NCBI GenBank assembly: GCA_026397375.1
Contig: JAPLUZ010000049.1
Coordinates: forward strand, 1 to 37,298
Direction of reading: 5' to 3'
DNA length: 37,298 bases
Source: Candidatus Aenigmatarchaeota archaeon
Lineage (GTDB): Archaea > Aenigmatarchaeota > Aenigmatarchaeia > GW2011-AR5
Shown here in pieces: positions 36,567 to 37,298 of this stretch (position 1 is the stretch's first letter; each line of letters begins with the position of its first letter). The position numbers were made by a program, and so were the translations under genes. The notes beneath the pieces are model-generated. The model worked only from the letters and a program-made list of their open reading frames with translations, did no database searches and was not told where the DNA came from.

Positions 36567-37298
36567 ATGATGCAAAGGAAAATCGACCTGAAAGGCTACT
36601 TGTATAGGAAATTTAAGGAAAAAAAGAAGAGGCCTTCTACACGGGCAGGCATGCTCCTGGATAGCCTTAAAAAGAATTATCCAGAATCGGAATTTCCCAA
36701 ATTTGTAATTTCGCCCAATACAGGCCTGATAACACTGCCAAGAACGACTGAGATCAACATAAAGAGCGTAACTTACCCGCTAATCACGCCGTATGCGTAC
36801 GCCAATATAAGATACGATGAAGCAGAAAATATTCTTGCCTACAATGTAATGGAACCCACGCTGAGCGAATTTGAAGAGAATGTTTTTACAAAGGTAAAGG
36901 AAGGCCTGGTGCAGATAATTGACATCAGCCTGACCGATATACAAAAGCCGGGCGGCATATTCGAATTTTTAGAAAAAAACATAAGGCGCCTTCTCAATGA
37001 ATACAATTTCAAACTGACACAAAAAGAATACCTGAAGGTCATGTACTATGTCTACAGGGACTTTGTTGGACTGAACAAAATAGAGCCGCTGATGAACGAC
37101 CCGTATGTGGAAGATATAGGCTGCGACGGCATGAAAGTTCCTATTTATGTAGTGCACCAGAGGTTCGGCTCGCTGAGAACGAATATAATTTATAATAATG
37201 AAGAGGAACTGCGCGAATTTGTGATAAAGTTAGCAGAGCGCGCGGACAGATATATAAGCTATGCAGAGCCTTTGCTGGACGGAACACTGCGCGACGGG
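36567..37298 (+). CDS. Type II/IV secretion system ATPase (VirB11/FlaI/PilB-like), 3'-truncated; absent from the ORF track
   Basis: Manual translation: YPLITPYAYANI..YNVMEPTL..YYVYRDFVGLNKIEPLMNDPYVEDIGCDG..PIYVVH..FGSLRTNI..ISYAEPLLDGTLRDG. Confidence 0.92.
   Translation, partial: MMQRKIDLKGYLYRKFKEKKKRPSTRAGMLLDSLKKNYPESEFPKFVISPNTGLITLPRTTEINIKSVTYPLITPYAYANIRYDEAENILAYNVMEPTLSEFEENVFTKVKEGLVQIIDISLTDIQKPGGIFEFLEKNIRRLLNEYNFKLTQKEYLKVMYYVYRDFVGLNKIEPLMNDPYVEDIGCDGMKVPIYVVHQRFGSLRTNIIYNNEEELREFVIKLAERADRYISYAEPLLDGTLRDG

Noticed and set aside
170..37157. Numerous 60-165 aa ORFs antisense to, or out of frame within, recognised genes
   Set aside because: Shadow ORFs overlapping well-supported CDSs, with no motifs of their own.

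Overview
Gene-dense archaeal chromosome segment. Evidence for an archaeon: TFB, an archaeal histone, aIF5A, deoxyhypusine synthase, eS1/S3ae, Hel308, GGGP synthase, an archaeosortase, an intron-containing tRNA and TATA-box promoters. The compact layout and many orphan genes suggest a DPANN-type lineage (inference). Housekeeping genes are interrupted by AT-richer accessory inserts: an AbiE-like NTase/wHTH pair with a duplicated promoter, an M23 peptidase plus mazEF after tfb, and a membrane/secreted-protein islet around tRNA-Pro(CGG). The best candidate for an undescribed system is the block at ~3.1-11.2 kb. It holds two tandem paralogous unknown proteins, a 526-aa unknown protein, an endonuclease-IV-like TIM barrel with a large helical insertion, an MNT-HEPN fusion with a duplicated HEPN-like domain, PspC and small membrane proteins. 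Also notable are an eS26-like ribosomal protein, a lone IS200/IS605-type end hairpin, a duplicated tRNA 5' end bracketing a single gene, ether-lipid genes, and a truncated type II/IV secretion ATPase missing from the ORF track. All calls come from motif recognition by eye; no searches were run.
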